A DNA stretch of 64,000 bases from the human T2T-CHM13v2.0 reference genome, Homo sapiens. Below the pieces are notes generated by a model that saw nothing but the letters and a program-made list of their open reading frames with translations, ran no database searches and was not told the DNA's origin. Shown piece after piece: positions 12,900 through 22,945 of the stretch. Both the position numbers and the translations under genes were made by a program. The stretch lies in assembly GCF_009914755.1 (NCBI RefSeq), contig NC_060932.1. One strand, given 5' to 3'. How positions within the stretch are numbered: the first letter of the stretch is position 1; the number at the start of each line of letters is the position of its first letter.

Positions 12900-13574
12900 T
12901 AAAGACCTCAAAATTCTTCCATTGGCCATATCCCAATCACTAGCTCACCTCAGACCAATCACTGATACATCTGCTGCCTTCCCTAAGGTGGGCATTTTGC
13001 CAGGTGTACAAAATCATGATTTTGTTATTGAGAAAGGGGGTTGTGACTGTTGGGTAGGCAACTAACGCTACGTGCTCCATTGGCCTTTTAGAATCTGCAT
13101 CATGTTCACCTTCCCAACCATATCTCTCCCCACTTTCTCCCAACATTGAACTCCCACGCAAACTTTACTGACCTTTTTTTCTGTAGTTCTTTCAGTGTAC
13201 AATGACTTACTAATCTTAGGACTTTTACTCTTGTCCTTTCCTTTGCCTGAAACATTCCTTACCCGACTTCCATCTTCTTCTACTTGTTAATTCCTATGCT
13301 TGCTTAAGGTCTTGAATTAAATGTACTCTCCTTCAGTAAACCATGTCTGAGTAAGGTCTGGGTTAGGTCCCTCTCATACCTACTCTCTACTTGGCTGAAA
13401 TGAAATTTAGAGGCCATGTCTGTCATTACCTTTCTTGTACCCTCAGTCCCTATTAAGGTACCTTCAATGGTCTTTTGCTAAATATTTATTGAGTAAATGA
13501 GTAAAAGCTGCAGTTATTCAGTTGAAAGGGCATTGTATTTTAATATCATCTATTTTGAGTACACATCAGAGACA

Positions 13575-13760
13575 TTATCAACTTTTTATAAACCACATAA
13601 CAAAATTGCAGACTGTGTTCATCCCAATTTTACTCAATAGGAAATGAGACTCAAAGGGATCATGTTCAAGGCCACACAGCTTGTGGATGACAGAGACAAG
13701 ATTCAAAACCTTGTCTGATTCTAGAGCCCAGGGATTTTCTGCTCCACCATGCTGCTGTCC
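13575..13760 (-). mobile_element. MIR SINE
   Basis: CCCAATTTTACTCAATAGGAAATGAGACTCAAAG..GTTCAAGGCCACACAGCT..GATTCAAAACC..TCTGATTCTAGAGCCC. Confidence 0.65.
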
Positions 13761-13811
13761 AGTAAGAGACACATCAACTCAAAGTCCTCCACCAGCCCTA
13801 GTTTTTGATAT

Positions 13812-14030
13812 GACCTAGACAAACATTTTCTGTAAAGGGACAGATAGTGAATATTTTAGGCTTTGAAGGACATATAGTTTCTGTTGCAACTAATCTACTC
13901 TGTTGTACTTTGAAAGCAGCCATGGATAATATGTAAACAAATGAGCTTTGTTGTATTCCAATAAAACTTTATTTGCAAAAACAAGTGACAAGCCAAATTT
14001 GGCTCATAGGCCATAGTTTGCAAACCCTCT
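13812..14030. mobile_element. MER58A-like hAT-Charlie MITE
   Basis: CAAACATTTTCTGTAAAGGGACAGATAGTGAATATTTTAGGCTTTG ... CCAATAAAACTTTATTTGCAAAAACA ... GGCCATAGTTTGC. Confidence 0.8.
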
Positions 14031-14743
14031 AACCTAGAGCAATTCAATTCCCCAATGTTAGCTTTGTATTTTTCATCCATAAACTGGGTAGTTTGGATTT
14101 GATGCCTACTAAGGTGACTTTGTACTCTGAAACTCAAGTATTAATTACTGTTCTGAAGTCCCCCAAAATCCTGTTATGTTTATTGTATCAGTGATAAGAA
14201 AGGTACAATGTAAGTGTTATTCAATAAAAACATTAACATAAATGTGTGTTCAGAAAAAAAACTATTAAAAAGAAACACACAATGCATACAGTGAAAAATG
14301 TAGCCAATATAAACTAAAGCACAAAAAAGGAAAAACCTTAGCCACGTATTATCATACGAGAGTTTTTTGCTTTATCATTTCTACTATATAAAATAATCTA
14401 ACACTTCTTTAAAACTAGGCTTTTAATTTTAGCTTGTGCTATCACTTAAAATGTAGGTGCCCTCATTCCCCTTCAAACATTTTAAATATTGATTCTTGCT
14501 TTTAGAAGGTTATAATTAACACATATGGAAATATAGACTTACCCATTATAAACCTTTAGAGATCCATAAATAAATATTTACTCTTATAGCATACAGTTGT
14601 TGTAAGCATTGAATAAGATTGTGTACCTGGCAAAAACCTGACCAAATGGAGGTGTTTCATCCATTTTAATTGTTGTTGTGGTTATCAGTTTTACTGACTT
14701 CTGTTTAATGTTGATGTCAGAAGCAATGTTTTATACATTAGAT

Positions 14744-14954
14744 CTGTGATCCTCAACTGGGGGCAATTTTGACCCCCAGGAGATATTCAGTGATGTCAAA
14801 GATATTTTTGGTTGAGACGACTAGGTGCTGCTTCTAGCACCCAGTAAGTAGAGACCAGAGATGCTGCCAAACACCCTTCAATTCACAGACTAGCTCCTCA
14901 CAGCAAAGAGTTATCCAGCCTAAATGTCAATAGTGTTAAGGTAGAGACACACTG
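14744..14954. mobile_element. MER20 hAT-Charlie MITE
   Basis: CTCAACTGGGGGCAATTTTGACCCCCAGGAGATATT ... GTAGAGACCAGAGATGCTGCCAAACACCCT ... AAAGAGTTATCCAGCCTAAATGTCAATAGTG. Confidence 0.85.
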
Positions 14955-15066
14955 CATCAGACCCAATAACCCCTATTCCTCGCATGGTTCCAAACAGAAC
15001 ACAAAGTATTGTCAATAAATGTTTGTGATTGAATAAATGAATAAGTGGATGAACAAAAGTAGTTAC

Positions 15067-15329
15067 TGTTAGGCCTCTGAGCCCAAGCTAAGCCATCATA
15101 TCTCCTGTGACCTGCACATACACATCCAGATGGCCAGTTCCTGCCTTAACTGATGACATTCCACCACAAAAGAAATGAAAATGGCCTGTTCCTGCCTTAA
15201 CTTATGACATTATCTTGTGAAATTCCTTCTCCTGGCTCATCCTGGCTCAAAAGCTCCCCTGCTGAGCACCTTGTGACCCAACACCTGCCCACCAGAGAAC
15301 AACTCCCTTTGACTGTAATTTTCCTTTAC
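15067..15329 (+). mobile_element. 5' LTR7, truncated (partial U3 only)
   Basis: Aligns to 3' LTR 19608-19872 with ~16 substitutions and 2 indels by hand, then breaks at TTTTCCTTTAC directly into ACTATGGGCAA (gag); TATA, R and U5 are absent. Confidence 0.92.
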
Positions 15330-15332
15330 ACT

Positions 15333-16570
15333 ATGGGCAAGCTTCCGACCTCCATTCCCCCTTCTTCTCCCTTAGCTTGTGTTCTTAAAAACATAAAACC
15401 TCTTCAACTCACACCTGACCTAAAACCTAAATGCCTTATTTTCTTCTACAATGCCGCTTGACCCCAATACAAACTCGACAGTAGTTCCAAATAGCCAGAA
15501 AATGGCATTTTCAATTTTTCCATCCTACAAGATCTAAATAATTCTTGTCGTAAAATGGGCAAGTGGTCTGAGGTGCCTGACATCCAGGCATTCTTTTACA
15601 CATTGGTCCCTCCCTAGTCTCTGTTCCCAATGCAACTAGTCCCAAATCTTCCATCTTTCCCTCCCGCCTGTCCCCTCAGTCCCAACCCCAAGCGTCGCTG
15701 AGTCTTTCTAATCTTCCTTTTCTACAGACCCATCTGACCTCTCCCCTCCTTGCCAGGCTGAGCTAGGTCCCGATTCTTCCTCAGCCTCTGCTCCTCCACC
15801 CTATAGTCCTTTTATCACCTCCCCTCCTCACACTTGGTCTGGCTTACAGTTTTGTTCCCTGACTAGCCCTCCCCCACCTGCCCAGCAATTTCCTCTTAAA
15901 AAGGTGGCTGGAGCTAAAGGCATAGTCAAGGTTAATGCTCCTTTTTCTTTATCCTAAATCAGATAGCGTTTAGGCTCTTTTTCATCAAATACAAAAATCC
16001 AGCCCAGTTCATGGCTCGTTTGGCAGCAACACTGAGATGCTTTACAGCCCTAGACCCTGAAAGGTCAGAAGGCCGTCTTATTCTCAATATGCATTTTATT
16101 TTATTACCCAATCTGCTCCCGACATGAAATAAAGCTCCAAAAATTAAATTCTGGCCCTCAAACCCCACAACAGGACTTAATGAACCTTGCCTTCAAGGTG
16201 TACAATAATAGAGTAGAGGCAGCCAAGTAGCAATGTATTTCTGAGTTGCAATTCTTTGCCTCCATTGAGACAAACCCCAGCCACGTCTCCAGCACACAAG
16301 AACTCCAAAAGCCTGAACCACAGCTGCCAGGGGTTCCTCCAGAACCTCCTCCCCCAGGAGCTTGCTACAAGTGCCAGAAATCTGGCCACTGGGCCAAGGA
16401 ATGCCCACAGCCTGGGATTCCTCCTAAGCTGTATCCCAACTGCGTTGGACCCCACTGAAAATCGGACTGTCCAACTCACCTGGCAGCCACTCCCAGAGCC
16501 CCTAGAACTCTGGCCCCAGGCTCTGACTGACTCCTTCCCAGACCTTCTTGGCTTAGCAGCTGAAGACTGA
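15333..16570 (+). pseudogene. gag: HERV-H gag remnant (disrupted)
   Basis: Starts MGKLPTSIPPSSPLACVLKN (matrix-like); nucleocapsid CCHC knuckle CYKCQKSGHWAKEC in ORF 16246-16458; multiple stops. Confidence 0.88.
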
Positions 16571-16610
16571 CACTGCCTGATCACCTCGAAAGCCTACAGG
16601 ACCATCACAG

Positions 16611-16900
16611 ATGATCTGGGTAACTCTCACAGTGGAAGGTAAGTCTGTCCTCTTCTTAATCAATACGGAGGCTACCCACTCCACATTACCTTCCTTTCAA
16701 GGGCCTGTTTCCATTGCCTTTATAACTGTTGTACGTATTGACAGCCAGGCTTCTAAACCTCTTAAAACTCTCCAACTCTGGTGCCAACTTAGACAACACT
16801 CTTTTAAGCACTCCTTTTTAATTATCACTCCTTTTTAATTATCAGCCCAGTTCCCTTATTAGGCGGAGACACTTTAACTAAATTATCTGCTTCCCTGACT
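16611..16900 (+). pseudogene. pro: HERV-H protease remnant
   Basis: VTLTVEGKSVLFLINTEATHSTL is a degenerate retropepsin active site (DTGA to NTEA); frameshifted downstream. Confidence 0.8.
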
Positions 16901-16949
16901 ATTCCTGGACTACAGCCACATCTCATTGCCACCCTTCTTCCCAATCCAA

Positions 16950-18380
16950 AGCCTCCTTTGCATCCTCCTCTTGTATCCCCCCACCTTAACCCACAAGTAT
17001 CGGATACCTCTACTCCCTTCTTGGTGACAATGATGCACCCCTTACCATCTCATTAAAACCTAATCACCCTTACCCCGCTCAATGCCAATATCCCATCCCA
17101 CAGCATGCTTTAAAAGGATTAAAGCCTGTTATCACTTGCCTCCTAGAGCATGGGCTTCTAAAACCTATAAACTCTCCTTCGAATTCCCCCATTTTACCTG
17201 TCCAAAAACCGGACAAGTCTTACAGATTAGTTTAGGATCTGCACCTTATCAACCAAATTGTTTTGCCTATCCACACCGTGGTGCCAAACCCATATACTCT
17301 CCTATCCTCGATACCTCCCTCCACAACCCTTTATTCTGTTCTAGATCTCAAACATGTTTTCTTTACTATTCCTTTACACCCGTCATCCCAGCCTCTCTTC
17401 GCTTTCACTTGGACTGACCCTGACACCCATCAGGCCCAGCAAATTACCTGGGCTGTACTGCCACAAAGCTTCACAGACAGCCCCTATTACTTCAGTCAAG
17501 CCCAAATTTCTTCCTCATCTGTTACCTATCTTGGCATAATTCTCATAAAAACACACGTGCTCTCCCTGCCGATCATGTCCAGCAGATCTCTCAAACCCCA
17601 ACACCTTCTACAAAACAACAACTCCTTTCCTTCCTAGGCATAGTTAGATACTTTCACCTTTAGATACCTGGTTTTGCCATCCTAACAAAACCATTATATA
17701 AACTCACAAAAGGAAACCTAGCTGACCCCATGGATCCTAAATCCTTTCCCCACTCCTCTTTCCATTCCTTGAAGACAGCTTTAGAGACTGCCCCATCCTA
17801 GCTCTCCCTGACTCATCCCAACTCTTTTCATTACCCACAGCCGAAGTGCAGGGCTGTGCAGTCAGAATTCTTATACAAGAACCAGGACTGCATCCTGTAG
17901 CCTTTTTATCCAAACAACTTGACCTTACTGTTTTGCCTAGCCCTCAAGTCTGCGTGCGGGGGCCGCCACCGCCCTAATACTTTTAGAGGCCCTTAAAATC
18001 ACAAACTATACTCAACTCGCTCTCTACATTTCTCATAACTTCCAAAATCTATTTTATTCCTCACACCTGACGTATATACTTTCTGCTTCCTGGCTCCTTC
18101 AGCTGTACTCACTCTTTGTTAAGTCTCCACAATTACCATTGTTCCTGGCCCGGACTTCAATCTGGCCTCCCACATTATTCCTGATACCACAACTGACCCC
18201 CATGACTGTATCTCTCTGACCCACCTGACATTCACCCCATTTCCCCATATTTCCTTCTTTCCTGTTCCTCACCCTGATCACACTTGGTTTATTGACGGCA
18301 GTTCCACCAGGCCTAATCGCCACACACCAGCAAAGGCAGGCTATGCTATAGTACAAGCCAGTAGCCCACCTCTTAGAACC
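16950..18380 (+). pseudogene. pol: HERV-H reverse transcriptase / RNase H remnant
   Basis: ORF 17263-17637 VVPNPYTLLS..YSVLDLKHVFFTIPLHPSSQPLFAFTW..LPQSFTDSP (RT motifs); the YxDD region is missing; RNase H-like TWFIDGSS near 18282-18305. Confidence 0.88.
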
Positions 18381-18479
18381 TCTCACTTCCTTTCCATCGT
18401 GGAAATCTGTCCTCAAGGAAATAACTTCTCAGTGTTCCATCTGCTATTCTACTACTCCTCAGGGATTATTCAGGCCCCC

Positions 18480-19020
18480 TCCCTTCCCTACACATCAAGC
18501 TCGGAGATTTGCCCACACCCAGGACTGGCAAATTGACTTTACTCACATGCCCCGAGTCAGAAAACTAAAATATCTCCTAGTCTAGGTAGACACTTTTACT
18601 GGATGGGTAGAGGCCTTTCCTACAGGGTCTGAGAAGGCCACCGCAGTCATTTCTTCCCTTCTGTCAGATATAATTCCTCGGTTTGGCCTTCCCACCTCTA
18701 TACAGTCTGATAACAGACCAGCCTTTATTAGTCAAATCAGCCAAGCATTTTTTCAGGCTCTTGATATTCAGTGAAACTTTTATATCCCTTAAGGTCCTCA
18801 GTCTTCAGGAAAGGTAGAATGGACTAATAGTCTTTTAAAAACACACCTCACCAAGCCCAGCCACCAACTTAAAAAGGACTGGACAATACTTTTACCACTT
18901 TCCCTTCTCAGAATTCAGGCCTGTCCTTGGAATGCTACAAGGTACAGCCCATTTGAGCTCCTGTATGGACACTCCTTTTTATTAAGCCCCAGTCTCATTC
19001 CAGACACCAGACCAACTTAG
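18480..19020 (+). pseudogene. pol: HERV-H integrase remnant
   Basis: CAGGACTGGCAAATTGACTTTACTCACATGCCC (QDWQIDFTHMP), GGATGGGTAGAGGCCTTT (GWVEAF), CAGTCTGATAAC (QSDN), CCTCAGTCTTCAGGAAAGGTAGAA (PQSSGKVE); in-frame stops. Confidence 0.85.
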
Positions 19021-19607
19021 ACTGTGCCCCAAAAAACTTGTCATCCCTACTATCTTCTGTCTAGTCATACTCCTATTCACCGTTCTCAACTACTCATATA
19101 TGCCCTGCTCTTGTTTACACTGCCGGTTTACACTGTTTCTCCAAGCCATCACCGCTGATATCTCCTGGTGCTATCCCCAAACTGCCGCTCTTAACTCTTA
19201 AAGTAAATAAATAATCTTTGCGGGCAAGGCTATGCTGAACCTCCTTAGGCACTCTCTAATCAGATGTCCTAGGTCCTCCCAATTCTTAGTCCTTTAATAC
19301 CGGTTTTTCTCCTTCTTTTATTCCGTTTAGTTTTTCAATTCATACAAAACCGTATCCAGGCCATCACTAATAATTCTACATGACAAACGTTTCTTCTAAC
19401 AACCCCACAGTATCACCCCTTACCACAAAATCTTTCTTCAGCTTAATCTCTCCCACTCTAGGTTCCCACGCCACCCCTAATCCCGCTGGAAGCAGCCCTG
19501 AGAAACATTGCCCATTCTCTCTCCATACCACCCCCAAAAATTTTCACCACCCCAACACTTTACCACTATTTCGTTTTATTTTTCTTATTAATATAAGAAG
19601 ACAGGAA
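19021..19607 (+). pseudogene. HERV-H heavily deleted env / 3' internal region
   Basis: Lies between integrase and PPT; only ~590 bp with no long ORF, as in the common env-deleted HERV-H form. Confidence 0.6.
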
Positions 19608-20019
19608 TGTCAGGCCTCTGAGCCCAAGCTAAGCCATCATATCCCCTGTGACCTGCATGTACACATCCAGATGGCTGGTTCCTGCCTTAACTGATGACAT
19701 TCCACCACAAAAGAAGTGAAAATGGCCTGTTCCTGCCTTAACTGATGACATTATCTTGTGAAATTCCTTCTCCTGGCTCATACTGGCTCAAAAGCTCCCC
19801 TACTGAGCACCTTGTGACCCCCACTCCTGCCCGCCAGAGAACAGCCCCCCTTTGACTATAATTTTCCTTTACCTACCCAAATCCTATAAAATGGCCCCAC
19901 CCCTATCTCCCTTCGCTGACTCTCTTTTGGGATTCAGCCCGCCTGCACCCAGGTGATTAAAAGCTTTATTGCTCACACAAAGACTGTTTGGTGGTCTCTT
20001 CACACGGACGCACATGAAA
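19608..20019 (+). mobile_element. 3' LTR7, complete (412 bp)
   Basis: TGTCAGGCC...CACATGAAA; duplicated CCTGCCTTAACTGATGACATT block; TATAAAA at 19885-19891; ATTAAA at 19956-19961. Confidence 0.95.
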
Positions 20020-21044
20020 GTCACCATCATGACAGGGTTTTGCTTTTGCCATACACTTTGCTAAGGAAACTGAGTCTATTGACTTCATAGTATATAATTG
20101 ATATATACATTAGATTATAAACTTCATGTCATCTGTGACCCTATATGTAATGTTCAAGGTTAAACCTCCAAAGTATGGCATAGCAGTGACATGTAATAGG
20201 TGCTCAATATATAGTGACTGAATAAGTAGGTCATCGAAGAATAATTGGGGGTATTTCCTTTTGCCTATTGTACTAAAATAATTCATTCAGCCATTATTAT
20301 TATTATTGTGGAGTCTTGCTGCATCCTGCCTCTGTCCTTGGCAGAGGAATGACGCGGATTTCCCTCTCACCCTCCCTCTTACCCCCCAAAAGTAGGTTGG
20401 CATGTTTACATAAAATTTCATGTAACTCTCAGTTTTTCCACAAGGCAGGGTAAGAAATCTGTGCAGCAAACTCTGGCAGCAAAGCACAGCCCTGCTTGCT
20501 CAACACTGACAAGTTGTATGCATTTTGGTGGGGTAGAAATAATATATAGAGATAATTACACTGAAGGAGCTGAGGCAGAAAATGCAAGAATGGCTGCTGA
20601 ACATGTAAGCACACAATAACTGGAGAATTCCACTGAGCCCCAGGCAGCAAAGGAGACTGCAGGTCCCCAAGGGATAAAATAAGTGTTTTTAGTTTGTTAG
20701 CTGATGGAAGAGCTTGTTATTGCAGAAGGTTTTTTGTTTTGTTTTGTGTTTTTGTTTTTGTTTTAAGCCATTGCCTTAAAGGAAGAAAAAGAAACATTTA
20801 GAGAATCATCAATTCTAAAATCTCCCATCTAGGAGAGTCTGTCCTTCACAAGAAATATTAACCTTGGCTTTATTAACCCTTGGACGCCCACACATGTCTG
20901 AATCCATAAGGCCTCAGAAGTTTATGTAAGATTATTTTTCAGATTTCTGTTTTCCTCTGGACATCTCTTAACAGATTCATGACCTCCCAAGAAAAGTAAC
21001 CACTTAACCACTGCTCTTGAATCATTTAATTCTATCAATTAATG

Positions 21045-21790
21045 CTTTTTATTAGTACGTGCCAAGTACTATACTTAAGAATTGTATGCATATATTCTCC
21101 TTTAATTGTGAAAATAACCCTATGAACTGCATAAAGAAAATGTGGTACATACACACCATGGACTGCTATGCAGTCATAAAAAAGAATGAGATCATGTCAT
21201 TCGCAGGGACATGGATGGAGCTGGAGTTGATTACCCTTAGCAACTAACACAGGAACAGAAAATCAAATACCACATGTTCTCATTTATAAGTGGGAGCTAA
21301 TTGATGAGAACACATGGACACATAGAGGAGAACAACACACATGGGGCCTTTCAGAGAGTGGAGAGTGGAAGGAGAGAGAGGATCAGGAAAAATAACTAAT
21401 GAGTACTGGGCTTAATACCTGGTGATGAAATAATCCCTACAACAAACCCCCATGAAACAAGTTTACCTATGTAACAAATCTGCACATGTACCCCTGAACT
21501 CAAAATAAAAGCTAAAAAAAAGAAAATGTAATTATTTTACTAAGTGATAATTTATCTGTGACACTTTTTAAATGGCCTATAATGATGTTTACTCCTGGCT
21601 CAAAAAGAACATTCTATCTAGTAAGTGTCTAAGTTGCCAAAAAATAATAATAATAATAATTCTATGAGGTGGGCACTTTTATTGTCCTCATTTTCTGGGT
21701 GAGACAGCTGAGGCTTAGAGAGGTTATGGTACTTGACTATGTGTGGAGGCCAAATTCTGACCTCAGTGGTTTCAACTGTAAATCCCACAA
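21045..21790 (-). mobile_element. MIR SINE split by the L1 insertion
   Basis: Left part ends AATAACCCTATGA; right part resumes CTATGAGGTGGGCACTTTTATTGTCCTCATTTTCTGGGTGAGACAGCTGAGGCTTAGAGAGGTTA. Confidence 0.7.
21126..21525 (+). mobile_element. L1PA (older, ~PA11-13-like) 3' end
   Basis: ORF2 C-terminus (IKKMWYIHTMD..IMSFAGTWMELE), 3'UTR and AATAAAAGCTAAAAAAAAG tail. Confidence 0.9.
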
Positions 21791-22699
21791 CTCAGTGATA
21801 ACAATGTTGGAGTGGGCGAATTCCATTCAGATAACTATATGTCTTGGGGTGATTATTTAACTCCTCTGATCCTCTAATTCTTAATCTATAAAATTGAGTT
21901 TTATAAATAATAATAATAACCATTTCATCAGGTTGTCATGAGGATTTAAATAAAAAGAGTTTAGCAGAATGTGTGTCTGGCACAAGCAATACATTGCAAA
22001 GCAGGCAATACATTGTCAGTAAGCACAATTACATAGCCCTAAGACTTAGTTTCTCGTGACTACATTTCAGATAAGGAAACCAAAGCCTCAAGAGGGCTGG
22101 TGACTTGCCACAAGGCCGGAGAGTGATCATTTAGGGAATAGATCTCAAGTCTCCCATTTAATAAACCAGGGTGATTTCTGCTGCGCCTAATCTCATCCAA
22201 CATCAGGGAGAATCCCCATCTCCCCCAGCCAGACAAAAGCTACATAAAAGAAAGCAAATCCCAAGGCAGTAGGAAAAGGTGGTACTCAATTGACATCTTT
22301 TTGTAAACCACTTAAAGAGATATTTGTAAACTACTGAAAATGGCATTAAGCAGCTATGCTCCTTCTGTGTTTTCTTTAGCTTGTTCACTGAGATTGATCT
22401 GAGTGAAATGATAAAAGAAAAGGGAAGTTAGTAAGGCAGACATTGAATTGGAGTTCATCTCTCTATAAGAAAATCCTGATTGAATTCCTGCCTAAATCAT
22501 TCTCTCTCCTCAGAAGAACTTGGAAGGATAGAGCAGTCACAGGTTCTGAAATCAGACAAATCCTAGCTCTGAATTGAGTAAGCAGTGTTCCAGCTGCTCT
22601 GACACTCGTGACACTCAAGTGTAAAATGAGAGGAAATGCCCACTTTCCAGTGTGGGCAGAAGAGTTCAATGACATCATAAGACAATTTGAAAATAAGGA

Positions 22700-22945
22700 A
22701 GTTCAGGTTCTAAAGTTCAACAGACATGAGTTCACTCTGACTCTAACACTTAAGAGCTGTATAACTGAGAAAGGTACTTCACCTCTGTAAACCTCATAGT
22801 CTTCATTTCCAAAATAGGAACAACAATAATAATATGTATCTTGTAGAGTTGTTGCGATTAAGTAAGCTGCTATGCATGTAAAGAAGCTGACAAAATACCT
22901 GGCAAAAAGTAAGGTTTTCAATAAATGCTAACTATTAACTATAAT
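22700..22945 (+). mobile_element. MIR SINE
   Basis: CTCTGTAAACCTCATAGTCTTCATTTCCAAAATAGGAACAACAATAAT ... ATGCATGTAAAG ... CAATAAATGCTAACTATT. Confidence 0.65.

Larger units (their letters stand above)
15067..20019 (+). mobile_element. HERV-H provirus (LTR7-int-LTR7), defective, 4953 bp
   Basis: Two direct LTRs starting TGT(T/C)AGGCCTCTGAGCCCAAGCTAAGCC; gag-pro-pol-env remnants in order; polypurine tract AAGAAGACAGGAA before the 3' LTR; 5-bp TSD GTTAC (15062-15066) / GTCAC (20020-20024). Confidence 0.97.

Noticed and set aside
17263-17637. Possible functional reverse transcriptase
   Set aside because: Short, frameshifted and lacking the YxDD catalytic region; the protease and integrase are also disrupted.
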